Shown here piece after piece: positions 38,474 to 53,192 of a stretch of DNA of 64,000 nt (position 1 is its first letter; every line of letters starts with the position of its first letter). Source of the stretch: Xylographa opegraphella (lineage: Eukaryota); contig JALDZX010000018.1 in assembly GCA_022813865.1 (NCBI GenBank), forward strand, positions 186,001 through 250,000. Reading direction: 5' to 3'. The position numbers were made by a program, and so were the translations under genes. The notes below the pieces were generated by a model that made no database searches, was not told the DNA's origin, and saw only the letters and a program-made list of their open reading frames with translations.

Positions 38474-40182
38474 ATGATTGCTGCGAAGGATCCGTCTACC
38501 ATCGATATCAACTCAGTAGTTCAGGGAGAGGGATCTCGTGAATCAGAGACGCCACCTCCTATTCACAATCACTGGTGGAGTCGTCAGACGTAAATGAGGC
38601 TTCCTCAAAATTCAAGGGTGGTCACTAATCTTGCTTCTAGCTATTGGGGATCCCTACTCTTCAACTTCGGTGCCTTCTTATTACCTGCACTCTATAGTAC
38701 ACTTAGCAAGCTATGGATCGCAAACATCGACTCCAGCCAAGTAGTCACTACCGACGTATATACCTACATTGGGGTCATCGCCGAGGTCTTGAATGACGGC
38801 CTGCCTCGATGTGCATGGCTTATCATTGGTGACAAGACTACACGTACGGTATCTTCTCGGCTTTCCCTGTCATACACCATGATTGTGGTTCAGCTAAGCC
38901 TCGGTCTCTTGATGACCTTGATCTTCATCGCCTCCTCCGAGAGTCTGGCAGCCGCATTCGTACCAGAGCTGGTCAGGCAGAGTTCGTTGACTTATGTGAG
39001 AATCTCGTCCGTCGAAGCATTATCCTCGGCTATGGAAACAGTCGTATCGTCTTGTACGCGAGCTCTGGATCATCCCGATGTTCCTTTACTGATCAGCTCC
39101 GCAAAATTCGTCATCAACATCATCCTTGATGTACTAATCATATCACGTTTTCATGTTGGCGCATTTACCCCTACAGTCAACAGCCAAGCTCTGATTCGAA
39201 TGACCTGCGATCTGACGTCTGCACTTTCGGGGCTTCTGTACTTTGTATATATTGCTAGGAAGATGCGCAAACAGACACGCGTCTCAGAGCAGAGTGTCAA
39301 ACCAGGGTTCGAAGCGCTGAAGATACTGATACGTCCCAGTGTATACACCTTTGTCGAATCTGCGCTTCGCAATTCCATCTATCTGTGGGTGGTTAGTAGA
39401 ATCATTCTAATGGGAGAAAATTACGCAACCGCTTGGGGGGTCTTCAACACCATTCGCTGGGGGCTCGTCATGGTTCCTGTCCAGAGCTTGGAAGCTTCTA
39501 GCTTGACCTTTGTAGGACATAATTGGGGTCGGTGGAGGGCACGAGTTGGTGTCGATATCCGAAGACCGAAGGCTTCAAGAGCGGACATTTATGGTAACAT
39601 CGGAATCCTGCGACCCATACACTACGAGAAGCACGAGCTAATCATCTCGAGTAGAAATTGCACGGCCAGCACTCATATCTTGTATCATCGCCGTCCTCAT
39701 CGAAGTCATAATCTGCGCATCGCTCTCTACCCACGGAATGCAAGCGTTTGCGTACTATCTATCCGACTCAACAGTCGTTGCCGAAATAACACAAACCATG
39801 TGGAAGGTACGAATCTCCTCGTACCCCGTCTTATTTTCCCATTTTGATAAGCTGACTAACATAACAACCACCCTCATAGACAATCGATTGGACCTACGTC
39901 TTCTACGCCCTCGATTATCAGCTCGCTGCCATCCTGCTTGCGACGTCTCCTCGATGGTATCTCTACCAAGCGCTCGGGTCAAACCTGCTGTGGATGCTCC
40001 CGTGGGCCATCGTGGTAACGAAGATTACGTTCCCCGAATCAATCGCTTGGACGTACTACGCCATCATCTTCGGTGGAGCACTGGTGTTTGACTTTTTCGC
40101 CACCACCCTGACCTTGTGGGGTTGGGCGTGGAGGCTGATGACGGGCAAGCTCAAAACGGACGTGGTGCAGCGGGGATTCTGA
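38474..40182 (+). CDS. MATE-like multi-pass membrane transporter, multi-exon
   Basis: MIAAKD..WWSRQ|TYWGSLLFNFGAFLLPALYSTLSKLW..; many hydrophobic helices; YATAWGVFNTIRWGLVMVP..LTFVGHNWG pattern remembered from fungal MATE-like proteins. Confidence 0.75.
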
Positions 40183-41273
40183 TTGCATCGTTTCCTCACG
40201 ATGAAGCTCGGTACAATTTTGGAGGACTTGAGCCTGATTCTTCTTGTCTCCGCAACACGTGCAACATGTCGTCTACCGAAGAAGCCATGCGAGAGCACAA
40301 CCATATTCCAAAACCCTTGTCCCCGTCGACCCAGATATTCTCTCCACCAACGATCTCCAGGCCGCCGCCGCCCAACCACCTCTCCTCTCCTCGTTGACAT
40401 CCTACACTACGCCAGCACAGCCTCCATCAACCCGCCAACCTCCTTCCCCGCTTCCCCACGCTCGACGGATCCCGTACACGACACCGCTCGATAGCATAAG
40501 AGCCCTTGTGGCCTGTGGTTTAGAGCCCCATTCAAGCCACTCCGAAATATAGCAACATTGTTATGACTAGCTCTTATTCCCGGCTTGGAACCTCGCTTCC
40601 GCTTCACGCGAGAGGCACATGCTGGAGATCGCTCTGCAGTGACTGTTCGTGGTAGGGGTTACATGGGGACTAGGTTTTTGGATTGTGCCTGTGGCTGTCA
40701 GGATGGGTGGACTGTTGCTCTGTTTGCGCGGGTTGGATGGTGGAGGTTGTGTAGTGGATGAGGCTCAGGTTCATAATTGAAGGGACGTTGGGAGGGGGGT
40801 TCAAGGGTTATGGCAGGTCGGGGCAAGGCGGGGAGGATGGGGTGATGGGGTGAGTTTTTGATGGGAGAGTGAGAGGGTGATGGAGAGGGTAGGCCCAGAG
40901 TAGATGACTGGGCAGATGGTAGAGTCTAGGCGCTATCACTACCTTGTGCATAGCTACGGCGGGTACAATAGACAACTGCCTTGATTGCTTCAAGAGCGAC
41001 GGCGTGGGAAGTGTAGGAAAACGCTTCTTTCTTTCCACGTCAGAGATCTGCTCAAGACTCCATGGTATCTATCCTATGGTACAACAGAAACGAACGCCGA
41101 ACAGATGCTCCCTCGTGACGCTCAAGGCCCCGTCGCGAGTATCGCGGACGTCGCCATCAACGCCCATCCCTGCCCAGATACCTGCCCCGGTACCTTTTCC
41201 CCTCAAACTCCAATCCTTGCGTGAGATCCCTCTCCCCCCTGAAATAGCCGTCTGGTCTCAGAAAGAGTCGAGC

Positions 41274-42403
41274 CTAGTAGTCGTACTCATAAAGCCACGA
41301 CTCAGGCGCCAGGTCTCGCTCCTCAAGATAATGGAAGTAAGCCTCAGCCTCAGCCTCCGGCTCCGCCTCGCGCTCCTCGATCTCCAAGAACGGCTCGGGG
41401 GCGGCGTCCCGCTCATGGAAGTAGAGCTCGGCGTCGGCCTCCGCCTCCGGGAGCGCGTCGCGCTTCTCGACGAGCTGGGAGAAATAAGCGTCAGCGGCGC
41501 GGCTGGCGGCGGCGTCGGCGTCGCGCTCGGCGAGGTAGCCAAGCGGGATGACCTCGCGGGCCTCGAGCCACTTGGAGGCGAGCTTCTCGGTGAACTCCTC
41601 GACGTTGGGGTCGCTGTTGATGGCGTTGATGACGAAGTCCTCCGCCTCCGGGTCGTTCTCCATGTGGTGCAGGAGGGTGTGCACTTCCGCGTGACTGAGC
41701 GCCGCTTCGCGGGCGTAGATGCCGTCGCGCTTGCCGGCCTTGGTTTTCTTGCCGCCGGCTTTGCCTCCGCTCTTGCCTCCGCCCTTGCCTCCTCCTTTGC
41801 CGCCCTTCTTTCCGCCCGGGGGTGTCCAGCCTGCGGCGATGGCGGCCTTCTTGATGGCTTCGGGGATGGGCTTGCCTGACTGTACGTGTGCGGCTGCCGC
41901 AGCGGGTGAGATATCTCCGCCCTTGGATCCGCCCTTGGATCCACCCTTAGATCCACCTGTGGCTCCTGCGTTGGTGCTCTTCTTTGGAGAACGCTCGACT
42001 AGGCCCTCGACATCGCGCTTGGACGGGGCTGTCCATCCAGCTGCTATGGCAGCGGCCTTGACCTGAGGGTCTAAGGAGTGTGATGCAACTTGCGCAGCAA
42101 TTTGGGAGACTGTAGCAGCTTCTCGTTTAACTAGTCAAGGAGGCGTGTTAGCAATACTAAAAGCACACAAAGCACATGCATGGTGGACTTACCAGCAGCA
42201 CCTCGGAAGAGGTCCATGATGGTTCGCTTGGCGACCGGAACGGTAGCGGAGACGGGTACCGAAACTTTAGGGCCGCTCTGGTTGCCACCCTTGCAGACAT
42301 CATTGTTGCCCGTGCAAATAACCTCCTCGGTGTTGTGTCCGCCAGCGGAAACACTGGCTGTCAAGGAGAGAACCGTAGCGGCCACGAGAATAAGAGACTT
42401 CAT
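41274..42403 (-). CDS. Secreted 355-aa precursor with Kex2-type sites and Ste13-type dipeptide spacers (KEP-like)
   Basis: Signal peptide MKSLILVAATVLSLTASVSA; intron 42192-42131 (GTAAGT..GCTAAC..TAG); 211+857 nt = 356 codons; five KR sites, several ER/AR sites, EAEPEAEAEA spacer. Confidence 0.85.
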
Positions 42404-44141
42404 TTTGAATCTGAATGGAATAGAATGCTTGTGAATGAAAATGAAGATCGGGTGTTCGGCTCTGCCAAATCGCTTCTAGATGTATGAAAGAAAATAGTGT
42501 TGGTACTGGTCTGATACGGAATAAACGGGGGGAAGGACAGACTAGTCTTATATGTAGAGGTAGAGGGCGCAGACTGAGCGAAATGGCAGGTATGCCCCGA
42601 GTAAGAAGGGGTGGAGAAGCACATCACAGCCTTCGAAACCGCGTCCTCGAAAGAGATGATGGAGAATCGCGGAGCTGTTGGTCTGACCTCGTAGCGTAGG
42701 ATTATCGACACCGACTTGTTGTTGTCTGAGCCAAGCGAATAGATTGCGTGCGAGCATGTTTTGCGGTGCGATTGATATTGGCATCTTCCATGACCCCGAA
42801 ACTGAGCCTTAGGGCTCTTGTTTCTTGGCGTTGATAGCGGGCACTGTTGACGAACAAGCCCCCGGGGGAGTCCCTGCTAGCGGCGATCACGCCCCAGCCG
42901 GCCCCTAAACTGCGCCCTCGCCTTGTCCCCTGGGTGGGAATGTGCGGAGAGCTACCGGATGTTGTATCAACTGGCGACACAGCGACAATACGCGTTTTCT
43001 AGTATAACTAAAACATCATCCATACGGTACCATCAGCCTACGGCCCATGATTATCACTGCTCCTCAATAACCGTGCCTCACACGGCAGACGACGAAAGAA
43101 CCTACCTCCGTACAACTTCCAAGTAGAATGCGTGCTCGTACGCCACCACCACATGGATCATTTAGGATATCCAACCCGAGCTCAAATTGGAGGCTGTTTC
43201 TCGACAGGCCACTTCTTGTTCATCAGACACCAGGCTCATGTCTCTTTACTGTCCACAATTCATCAGAACCCATGGGTGCGGAGCAGACATCGCCATGCGA
43301 ATAAGCCTCCCCAATTCGGACAGTAAGCCAGCTTAGTCGTAGGATGGTTGAACTCCGGTGGCCAACATATTACCAGCCACGATAGTCTTGTGCGTGCAGC
43401 CAGTAGAAAGAGATCTGTTGCCCGATGAGGCATGAACAGAGCGAAGACCAGCCCGTGTTGTCCAGGGTGCCTCGTTGTAAGTAGACTAGTCGTTGCAGTC
43501 GTTGTAGTCGCAATTCCACGCCGTAAAGGATTCTTTACTGCAACGTCAAGATCGAAAAGAAAGGACTTGCCAAGCCGAAGCTCGTGATGCACAGAGCTGA
43601 GCCCGAGAGGCGGCTTCACGCTCGCGGCCAATCGCCTTCGTCTCACGCACTCCAACATCTGCCACTTTCGTTCCGCATGAGGCACTGCGAAACGCGCAAT
43701 TGCCAGACGGAATTTTTCAAGGTTGCATTGAAGAAGGATCGCTAACTACCACGCGCGGCACGATTCATCCAGGCCCAAAGAGAACAAAATTGCCGATCGA
43801 GTGGCTCCTAATGGGAAAGTTGACAATAATACGACAGTTGGCCCTCGGGCGGGATTACGACGCGAGCCCCTGAACTCGGAGCTTACAATCTCACTTAACA
43901 TCTACCACATCTTTTCATGCCGTTCGTATATGTATTTGACACAAGTATTGCGGGGGGCGGTGTGTCCTTGGCCTCACGTAATAACCGTCATGGCGAAGAC
44001 GCAAAGCCATGCTGTATGTGTGGGACTCCCATGAAACATGCTTTGCCGGTGAACTCGATGTTGACTTTATCTGACATCCTGCCTTCTGGTAACTTGTTTT
44101 CTCCATGATAAGTCTTCAACTCCTATGGTTCTCTATGTATT

Positions 44142-45455
44142 ATGCATTCATCTGCCGTCTCCCGACATAGCATGTTCTCCAGTTTCATGAGTCGATACGT
44201 GATGGTCGACTCAATCCTTCCTTTCGTTGGCGCCCATGTTTTGCTCGCAATTGGCTTAGGTTATACTCATCCTTCGTCAGCGGTGCGACCTCTTATCTTG
44301 CTTCTGATCATTGCTTGCTGCCTCACCTCTGTTCGAAGCACGGTTTCGAAGTCGATTCCTGGAGAAATTGGGGGGGAGTATGTTATCGGTTTCATCTTTC
44401 ATGCTAGTCACTTCCTCTGTCTAGCCAAGCTATCTCCGCCACTCAAATCGACGGAGCGTGAGCGTTGGACATGGTCCACGAATCAGTTGTTCGAGGCTAG
44501 ATGGGGCATCTCGCCTAAGATTCTGCCATCATGGCCTAAGCGAAGCAAGGACGACACATCCTCTGGGGTCACCGATAGACAAGACATTCCAGTGGGGAAG
44601 TCAACTGACAAAACCACAGAGGCGTCTCCGTCCCTTGCTAGTCTTATACCTTCTAGACGCGAATTCCTCTTCAAAAGAACGTGGGATCTGGTATGGACTG
44701 TATCAATTATTTGGCTGCTGAAAGGCAATAAGCTCCTCATTTTCCCAGATGATATCACGAGCGTTCCTGACGGCTTCCTCCGCCGATTGGCAGACGTCAC
44801 TCCAAGAGAAGCGTTCATTCGAATTTACTTCACATTCTTAGGCTGGGTTTTACCATATTGCACGCTTCGTGCGGGACACAGTCTTACAGGATGTCTCTCC
44901 GTTCTTTGCGGCGATTCGCCTGAGAGATGGCCACCACTCTTTGGAAGTATCGGAGAAGCTTACACGGTCCGTCGCTTTTATGCGTAAGTAATAGAATCTA
45001 CCCTGTCATACTAGTAGCACAAAATGCTACAGGTCCTGACATCTACTAGTTTCTTCTGGCATCACTTGATGCGCAAAGCATTCACCTCGCACGCCGTCTT
45101 CGTCGTCAACAAAGTTCTCCACCTTCCCCGCAACAACCCAGCTTCACGCTACCTGATCATCATCCTCACGTTCCTGATCTCCGCCGGCCTCCACGTAGCC
45201 GCTGGTATAGCACCAGTCAGATGTGCGATTTACGCTCAAACCCGCTATTACTTCTCCATCGCTGCGGTCATCATGCTAGAGGATGCGGTGATCTGGCTGT
45301 GCAAATCCTGGTCCAGCGCTCACGTACTACGTCCTGATGACCCCAGGAGGACGCTGTGGCGCCTGCTCGGCTACTCGTGGGTCGCGTTTTTCCACGTCTG
45401 GTCTATCTCGAAGTTTATTTTCGGCTCTTTCAGCTGTGCGCATCCGGACCTCTAG
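44142..45455 (+). CDS. Membrane-bound O-acyltransferase, MBOAT_2/wax-synthase (Tri7-like) family, 2 exons
   Basis: WPPLFGSIGEAYTVRRFY-FFWHHLMR and TFLISAGLH (putative catalytic His); several TM segments. Confidence 0.85.
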
Positions 45456-46162
45456 TGAATATGCCTCGAGTCTCTTCATTACGGGCGCACGGCGTTGCGC
45501 AGACTTTGAAAACAATGCATAGCCAGACGAGAGCAACCTGGTCGCGACCGATCAGAACGAGCGGACCCGGTATCTCTCTAACAAAAATGGTGTACTAAAT
45601 CGAGAGTGATCACTGCAAGGCTAATTGCAAAGTTCAGTAGTACTGCACAAACCAGATCATATCTCCTGTCCTTGCATAAGAGTATAGATAAGGCGTGTCA
45701 CGTCCTCGGTCGGTCAAAACAATCATTACGCACTCTTCCGAAACGGATGCGGTCGCGGATCTGGTTACGGGAAGTATGCACGCACGTTGGTGTCTCGATC
45801 TGGGAATTTAGGGATGCAAGAGCTTATCGTTCCGCTTGGGTTGGGCTTAAAAATTGAACGCATTGCGGCGCAGCAAGTTGGGAGTCGATTCAAGCCCTGC
45901 TCATACTGTAAGTACTGAAGGGCTTTGTGGAATAGCCGATGGATTGCTCACGCGAGAATCATATGACTGTGAAGTTGAAGTGCTGTGATAGATTCTTGGT
46001 CGTCTAGCTTTGTTGTGTAAAGATATACCTAGTGATAATGATGGTTGCATGCATTTAATAAATCATGAAATAGAAATACCGAGATCCAAACAGCTAATAC
46101 ATGAATCGCCAGTAAAGAAAAGCAAGCATGTCATTGGGCAACAGAGATACGACTTGAGAGTC

Positions 46163-46741
46163 TCAATCAGTATCCGATTCCCTGGGGTATACTGTGCTGC
46201 CCACGAAATGCTCAATGCTCCACACAAAGTCCTCCCGCGGAATCAGCATATAAACCTCCGTCGTCCAGATATAGACCTCCGCTCCAATCATTACCTTCCT
46301 CCCATCCAGCAATTCGACCTCAACTTGCACAGCGGTACGCGTGTACATTGCTTCATACCTATCCAGGTACTCTTGCTGCGCCTTTGTAATGCCAAAAAGT
46401 ACAACACCCGACACTGTATCTGCGTCGTGCTGAGAGGGGAGGACTGCTGGGAAGCTGAGGCCGTAGAGACCGAATCTGTGATGCTTGTAGAGGACGGCGG
46501 GCGTCATCCTGGCCGCAATGGCGTACTCTCCATGCTTGCCCCTAAGAACATAGTCAAGGTGGTCAGGTAGCATAAGCGACCCGTAAAAGAAAGTCGGCTT
46601 GATTGTGGAAGCAAGTAGATCGGCGAGCCTGTCAGTTGTGAAGCGATTTCCGAGGGCGCGTAAGTATGATTCAGGTAGTTTTATTGTGGTCGAGCCAGAG
46701 GCCGCCGGAAATGCATCTGGATGAGTTGGAGCTTCAGACAT
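46163..46741 (-). CDS. Gamma-glutamylcyclotransferase-like (AIG2-like) protein
   Basis: FFYGSLM, FPAVLP, VSGVVL, LDRYE and AEVYIW motifs of the GGCT/AIG2 fold. Confidence 0.85.
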   Translation of the reverse strand: MSEAPTHPDAFPAASGSTTIKLPESYLRALGNRFTTDRLADLLASTIKPTFFYGSLMLPDHLDYVLRGKHGEYAIAARMTPAVLYKHHRFGLYGLSFPAVLPSQHDADTVSGVVLFGITKAQQEYLDRYEAMYTRTAVQVEVELLDGRKVMIGAEVYIWTTEVYMLIPREDFVWSIEHFVGSTVYPRESDTD

Positions 46742-46958
46742 GGTTATATGGTCGCTTCAACGCCAGTGTAAATGATGTAATGAAGAGCAAAAGGATCTCG
46801 AGGTCAATTGGCGATATAAGTAGATAAATTTTGGATCTCAGTGAGGTTGTACAGCCAGTGCATAGTGAATCTGTGTAGACTCAAAACGTGATAAAGAAAT
46901 ACATGCAGAGTCTTTCTTCGATGATGCCTAGGCATCTAGCCCACGGTTCCAATACAAA

Positions 46959-46996
46959 CCACAGTACTCTCTTAGAAGAGCCACAGTACTCTCTTA
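46959..46996. repeat. Direct repeat ccacagtactctctta x2 (22-bp period)
   Basis: Copies at 46959-46974 and 46981-46996, between the divergent GGCT-like and CDC48 genes. Confidence 0.85.
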
Positions 46997-47496
46997 AAAG
47001 GCATTGGAGCACAACGACAGGATGTCCAATGAGGCTGCGACTTTCTTAGATCACATTGTGTAACACTCAGTAGCAGATCTCGGTCTCATGTAACACAGGT
47101 GACAGAAATAATCTTGACACACCAAGTGAATACTCGAAGCTATCCAAGATCTGAAATTAAGCGGGTTTGTCGCGTTAAGCACAAGGCTTGTCGCCTAGCA
47201 AATCTGACTGATGCTCTTCCATGCATCACGATGAAGTTCTTCGCCAGTCCAAAGCTAAAATCCAAGGCTAGCGCATGCTAGCTCGCTTAAGACATCATCC
47301 ATCTGTAGCCTCTCGAAGCTCTTCTACCTCTTCAATCTTGACACGATCATCATCACCTACCATACCATCACTGCGTTTCGCAGCTGCACGGACTCGTAGC
47401 TCACTCTCACTTGATACCACTGTCTCACTGGGAGAAACCTAAGCTCATAATATACGGTCATTTTCTCAACAAGAAATCTTGCCCCCCAGAATCACC

Positions 47497-50244
<2,748 letters not shown>

Positions 50245-50724
50245 GGTATCTCTGCTGTTTCTTTGTGTTGTCTTGCATGTCGGGGGAATATCCGGGGAAG
50301 ATGTGTCTCATAGATGCGACGACTTCTGGCCTGGCGTGGTGTTGCATACTGGGTCATGTGGCAGATTGTTGAATGATAGACTTCCCTATGGCTTTCGGCC
50401 TTTGTATTTTACAGAGTGGTAAATTAGAAACCTACTTCGCATGACTACTCTCCAGGATAGTTGCACTAAAATATGGCTGCTCAACTTGTGAAACATACTT
50501 CTCGCCGTGTCTCGATACTTCGGATTTTCTTCCACGTTCCACTTTTCACATATAGTATATTACTCCCTATTATCGCCGGCCTCTGAATGCAGAAGACATT
50601 GTCCTAACTCCGTCGCTATGCGCAAGTTCCAACAACAACGACATGCCAGGCAAGCACGACGTACAATATTCCGTCCCCCCTCCATAACGCACTTAGCCCA
50701 CCACCCACCTCCTCCTCCTCCTCC

Positions 50725-51192
50725 TCAAACCCCCTCCTTTTCCACCCCCTCAATATCCACCACCTCGTCCAAAAAGCCCCTCACGACCCTCACCCCCACC
50801 TCCACCACCTTCTCCGGCACCATCAACGACCCTCTCCCCCCTCCATTCACGCCATTCACCCCATTCCCTCCACCGTGCTTCCCACCACCGTGCTTCTTGC
50901 CACCGTGCTCCCGCTTGACGAACGCCCCGGTCCCGTCCGCGCGCCCGTTGCCCTTGATCTCGCGCAGCAGTACCGCCATCACCTCCCCGTACGTGGCGCA
51001 CTCCCCGCTGCGCAGCAGGTCCTGCACCCGGGCTCTGAGCGCGTCCAGCCAGCCCGTCGCTTGGCTCTCGTGTAGCAGTGTGTTGTGGATGGTGCCGATG
51101 GCCGAGCTGCTGAGGAGGGCGGCGTGCAGTTGGGAGCGGAGGGGGGCAGTGAGGGGGCCAGTGGGGGGGATGGGGATGCGTGGGGTTGTCAT
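50725..51192 (-). CDS. Sus1/ENY2-like protein (SAGA DUB module / TREX-2)
   Basis: LLHESQATGWLDALRARVQDLLR..VPEKVVEVGVRVVRGFL resembles the ENY2 pattern GWxDxxK..VPxxV..IRxFL. Confidence 0.6.
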   Translation of the reverse strand: MTTPRIPIPPTGPLTAPLRSQLHAALLSSSAIGTIHNTLLHESQATGWLDALRARVQDLLRSGECATYGEVMAVLLREIKGNGRADGTGAFVKREHGGKKHGGGKHGGGNGVNGVNGGGRGSLMVPEKVVEVGVRVVRGFLDEVVDIEGVEKEGV

Positions 51193-51753
51193 GATTTGGC
51201 TTGGGTGGTGGAGTAGGAGGGATGGGAGGTTGGGTGAGGTGAGGTTGTGGTGTATTTGGTTTGTGGAGGACGTGCTGGTGCTGGAGCTGTGGCTGCGTTT
51301 CCCGTGGAGGTTGATGTGTATGGAGGGTTTGGCGTTGGTGGGGAGAGAGTTTCGGAGGGTGGATGTACGGGGAACGGTTGTAGGAGTTTAGTGGGTTCGA
51401 CGTTTTGAGGTTCCCATTGTTCGTGAGCTCGTCGCAGGTTTATTGAGGAGGGCGGTGGTGAATTGCGGAGAATCCCATTGCGGATTTATTATTGTCTACA
51501 AGGTGGGGGATAGTTTATCAGTACCCGATTGAGCCGCGGTCCATGTTAACCAAAACCAAAGTTTTCGTAATTTTTTACTGTGGTACATACTCTCTTTTGG
51601 ACGCGGTTTCTAGAAATGACTAGATTTTGCATGTTACGGGGCTTATCTGTTCACAACTGAGATCTTTCGACAAGGATCAAATCGCTGTATATCCTACATA
51701 ATTATATACAGATCCGAAGCGCTGCACCAATAATGTGAACCTATAGGTAATAT

Positions 51754-52736
51754 TCAGACTGTGGCTCTCCAAGCATCCCGTAATCCCAGCACACCGGCAA
51801 CCAGACCCAGTACTGCCAGCTGTGCTTCTCCGACCAGGCCGCTCTCAGATCCGTAATGCACGGTTACTGGAAACCAGGCAGCATTAACGTAGACCTGCTT
51901 CCACCATTCCCTATCTTCCTCTTCCCTCCTTGCCAAAATTTGACCATGATTGGTCTCCTCGCCCTGCTGTACCGAGCCCAGATCTTTACTCGAGCTTACT
52001 TCTTGGTTTATACTCCATTGTCTTGCTAGTCGGCCAAACTCCAGTACTACATGCGCCATCCAGAACCGCGAACTCCACACATACCAACTATTGACTTTTT
52101 CGTTTCCAAACGCGAAGACTCCTTTGCTCCCAAGGTACGCTCCGTTCTCCAGGTATTGGAAAATCGCACATGCACCAACCTGGCCCCACACAATGCTCCG
52201 CAACACCCTATCCTGAGGTGGCGATCGGTATATTGATGCTCCCCATGTATAGATCGAGAGCAAGCCGCCTAGACGGAGGAATATCCGCACATCATCAATA
52301 AGGGCTGCAAGTGCGGCAGTGGAAGTTGTGAGCCGAAAGAGGCGAGAGGTCGGAGACGGGATCAGGGTAGCAAAGAAAGTCGAGAAGGGAGGCAAAGCGT
52401 AGGGTAACTGGGAAAGAAGGTTATCGAGGGATTTCGCGGCTTTAGAGAGTCGGAGGGCGGTGATGCGGTTGAGAAGCGCATGGAGCAGATGAAGGGTATA
52501 GGTTATGGTTAGGAGGGTGGTGTCAAGCGAGGATGTCGTCGAAATGAGCCTGGCGAAATCATTTAGAGCTCGATTTCTGTAGAGCTGCACCAGGCCATGA
52601 TAGCTTCATTCTCAGATCAAGGGAGATCGCACCTATTGATACGAGAGATGTGGGAATCAGTTCGCGCGACATAGTGGGGAAGCACTTGCGCCAGTCTCCG
52701 CAGCGAACTTGAATGAGCATTAGGTGAGGAACTCAT
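51754..52736 (-). CDS. pex11C: Peroxin 11C-like (Pex11 family), 2 exons
   Basis: Inferred exon 1 MSSSPNAH..TDSHISRIN spliced to RLISTTSSLDTTL; DVRIFLRLGGLL, FQYLENGAYL, WSSRFWMAHVVLEF, NAAWFPVTVH. Confidence 0.82.
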
Positions 52737-53192
52737 GGTGTGTACATGAGAGATATTGTCGGATCTCAATCACAATCGATAGAGCTTCAAGAAGGCTTGG
52801 TCGATGTTTCAGAGAATTGGTTTCTTCCAGCAGATATGAAGATCAGACTGAACCTCGGCACATAATCACGTGCCATGCCCTCGCCTTTCACACGGTTACT
52901 TGCCCGTTCCAAAAGCCGCTGTTACAGTTCGATCTTGACACGCCTGACTCTGTTATTATGTCAGTGCAGAGAACAAATCTAATGTCCAGCACTTGTCTTA
53001 GTACTCCCCTTGGTCATTCACCATGGGGTTTCGTCCACACCCCCAACCTTCGCTTAAATCGCCGCCGGCAATTTGAGTTCTCATCCATCCCCTCACAATG
53101 ATCAACCCGATGACATTCTATCGTTAGAACTGCGGTAGTTCCAGACGTATAGTACAGATCAACAACACACTCGTTACAACCCAGAACAAAAG

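Noticed and set aside
40502..40600. GCCCTTGTGGCC..TGGTTTAGAGC resembling a tRNA 5' half
   Set aside because: No TTCRA T-loop or matching acceptor stem follows.
40944..41956. 311-aa plus-strand and 232-aa alternative-frame ORFs
   Set aside because: Antisense or alternative-frame shadows of the GC-rich precursor gene.
50507..51391. 294-aa plus-strand ORF
   Set aside because: Antisense shadow of the Sus1-like gene plus low-complexity flanks.
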